Source: Bdellovibrionales bacterium (lineage in GTDB: Bacteria; Bdellovibrionota; Bdellovibrionia; Bdellovibrionales; JAUICD01). From it: a stretch of 64,000 bases of DNA. The stretch spans positions 1,888,001 to 1,952,000 of the forward strand of contig OZ241865.1 of NCBI GenBank assembly GCA_965203275.1. The letters are read 5' to 3'. Numbering within the stretch: the first letter of the stretch is position 1; each line of letters opens with the position of its first letter. The notes under the pieces are model-generated. The model did not search any database. It was not told where the DNA came from and saw nothing but the letters and a program-made list of their open reading frames with translations. Made by a program: the position numbers and the translations under genes. Positions 61,911 to 64,000 of this stretch are shown in pieces.

Positions 61911-63434
61911 ATGGCTTGCAATAAATCTATAAGCATGTATAATTATTCTCTTATGAAAAGCAGGGCTTTATTATTATGGATATGGATTATGTTGGTAGGG
62001 TTACCAGTTAAGGCAGATATTTGTGTCTCTAACTCTTATCGACTGGATAAAAGAATTAAAAATCTTTCTCATGAAGGTCAAGATTTGATATTGATGGCTG
62101 GGTTAATTGCTTATGCCTTAAAATCTCACACAACATCCACACAATCTCTACACCCTCTAGAGCTTAATCCTTATCATATTTTTCTTGCTGCAACTACAAA
62201 GGTTGTAGATGAAAATAAAGGGATTTTCCATCAATTTAGTTTGGTTGATAGAGTATTATTTTCTCTTTTGAAACAGTTAAATATATTAAAAAGCTTTCAG
62301 AATTTTCTTTTAGAACAATTAGGTTTTAACAACGACTATTCAGATTTTTTTTCAAAAAACCCTGATGGAAGTTTAACACTCTATCTCAATGAGTCTCCTG
62401 CTCTTTCTTCAATTACAGCTTTCACCTATCAAACAGCAACAAATATTTTACTAGATGAAATAGGCAAATCAAAACAAGGTGAAATAAACTATATACAAAA
62501 TATACAACAGCAAAAGCCTAGTTTTTTTATTTCTACAGAACATTTTCTTTTAGCTACCTTGGACTTCGATCATCCTATTCGTACATTTCTGTTCAATATC
62601 TTCAATGTAAGGCATGCTTTAGAAATCCGATCTAGTTTGTATCCTATAATAGATGATGTGAGAAAAAGTATAAAAAGATCACCAAAAAGACTTCAACTTT
62701 TATCAAGAGATCAGCTTTTGCAAGAAGCTATCTCACTTATTAAAGGGGGCATAAGTGTTGTAGAAAGTGCAAGGATGTTAAATATCAGTAATGATACTTT
62801 GCAAAAATATCTGCAAGAATATGAAGCAGTGCATGGGCCTATTTCTCGACTTAGGTTGGATATAAATTTTGCTGAAATAGAAGACAGCACAATACTCCAA
62901 CAAGCTATCCCATTAATTGAAAACGGAGGTAACATTTTAGGGGTTGCCAGACAATTAAATATCAGTCGAGGAAGATTAAGAAAATTAATTCGTGAACATG
63001 AGAAAATCAATGGTCCTATCCGTCGACCCACAAGAAGATATCATTATCACTCTTCAGAGGAAAAAACAAATATATTACAACAAGCCATTCCTTTAATTGA
63101 AGAAGGTATGGATATGGCAAACGTCGCTAGAAGGTTTCGTGTCAAAAGAAGAACTTTTCATACATGGATTCAACAACATGAAAGAAGACATGGACCCATC
63201 AATAGAGAAAAAATGCATAAACAATATAGCCACTCTATTTATACTCCCCCAGAAGAGAAGAATAACATCATTCAGCAGGCTATTTTATTATTGAAAGAAA
63301 ACAGAAACCTTGCAGCAGTAGCTAGAAGATTAAATATTCCCGAAGGTACTTTGAGGAATTGGCTTGAAGACTATGAAGCCATACATGCTCCTATAAACTC
63401 ACCTCCTATCAAATCATCTAGGATAAATAGATAG
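61911..63434 (+). CDS. Signal-peptide protein with four tandem HTH-like repeats
   Basis: Repeats of LQQAI.LI..G.....VAR.L.I...TL..W...E..HGPI. Confidence 0.75.
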   Translation: MACNKSISMYNYSLMKSRALLLWIWIMLVGLPVKADICVSNSYRLDKRIKNLSHEGQDLILMAGLIAYALKSHTTSTQSLHPLELNPYHIFLAATTKVVDENKGIFHQFSLVDRVLFSLLKQLNILKSFQNFLLEQLGFNNDYSDFFSKNPDGSLTLYLNESPALSSITAFTYQTATNILLDEIGKSKQGEINYIQNIQQQKPSFFISTEHFLLATLDFDHPIRTFLFNIFNVRHALEIRSSLYPIIDDVRKSIKRSPKRLQLLSRDQLLQEAISLIKGGISVVESARMLNISNDTLQKYLQEYEAVHGPISRLRLDINFAEIEDSTILQQAIPLIENGGNILGVARQLNISRGRLRKLIREHEKINGPIRRPTRRYHYHSSEEKTNILQQAIPLIEEGMDMANVARRFRVKRRTFHTWIQQHERRHGPINREKMHKQYSHSIYTPPEEKNNIIQQAILLLKENRNLAAVARRLNIPEGTLRNWLEDYEAIHAPINSPPIKSSRINR

Positions 63435-63466
63435 GCTGTTTTTAGTTTAAAAGAATATTTTAATGA

Positions 63467-64000
63467 TCACTTACTTAACAAAAGATCAGCTAAGTCCTGA
63501 GAGGTTTTAATTTTTAAAATATTTTCAGAAAATGCATCTTCATATTTTAAACGGAGTAGGGCTTTTGCTTCTTTTTGTAGTCTTTCTTGGCAATAACGTT
63601 GTTTTTGAAATAGGCCTTGTTGCTTAAATTTAATCATACAATCCAAAATAGCTTTTATACCTTTGCCTTCTATAGCAATAGATGAAAAGACATACTTTTG
63701 TTGATTTTTTGGTTCTGTCATCCTTAGAAGTTCGTTTTGTATTTGATAGCCACTTGATTTGTCTGTCTTGTTGATAATAAAAATATCTGCAATCTCCATC
63801 AAACCAGATTTCATGATTTGCATGCCATCACCACTGTCTGGAGTTAAAACCAAACTCACCATATCTGTCACGTTCATAATTTCACATTCTGTTTGACCAA
63901 CCCCTACAGTCTCTACGAATACTATATCAAAGCCAGCCAAATCAAAAGCTCGTAACATCAAATAAGCTTTAGCACATAGCCCTCCAATGCCCTTGCGTGA
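63467..64000 (-). CDS. meaB: MeaB/ArgK GTPase (5' end outside the window)
   Basis: LGGL, ETVGVGQTE, PDSGDGMQIMKSGLMEIAD, NKTD. Confidence 0.88.
   Translation of the reverse strand, partial: SRKGIGGLCAKAYLMLRAFDLAGFDIVFVETVGVGQTECEIMNVTDMVSLVLTPDSGDGMQIMKSGLMEIADIFIINKTDKSSGYQIQNELLRMTEPKNQQKYVFSSIAIEGKGIKAILDCMIKFKQQGLFQKQRYCQERLQKEAKALLRLKYEDAFSENILKIKTSQDLADLLLSK

Overview
AT-rich bacterial chromosome segment. Bdellovibrionota-like and probably host-associated, inferred from protein style and from many secreted ankyrin and coiled-coil paralogs. Housekeeping genes (rpmA, rplU, pth, gdhA, rpsR, rpmB, rplX, glpX, ridA, nuoI, pccB, metK, recG, atpF'/F/H/A, murF, hisS, meaB) are interleaved with accessory islands: (i) 10-33 kb, with ankyrin and coiled-coil paralogs, a serine recombinase, IS1634 and IS256, Rpn remnants, an orphan type III Mod, and three variable secreted paralogs, two of them with frameshifting poly-C tracts; (ii) 38-50 kb, a defence island with a PLD-SNF2 helicase, Fic, NYN, a RelE-type TA pair and an Eco57I-like MTase; (iii) 50.5-52.6 kb, a four-gene tandem array. 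The most striking unannotated signal is a dispersed ~100-nt three-way-junction element: 15 full copies whose stems differ in sequence but keep pairing through compensatory changes. It forms mosaic clusters with a second structured element and with GATCCGG heptamer runs, and it brackets a four-helix-bundle (IVS/Avd-like) gene. The other standout is a substitution-free 45-unit array of 11/12-bp repeats starting at the Fic stop codon. No rRNA, tRNA, CRISPR or reverse transcriptase was recognised.
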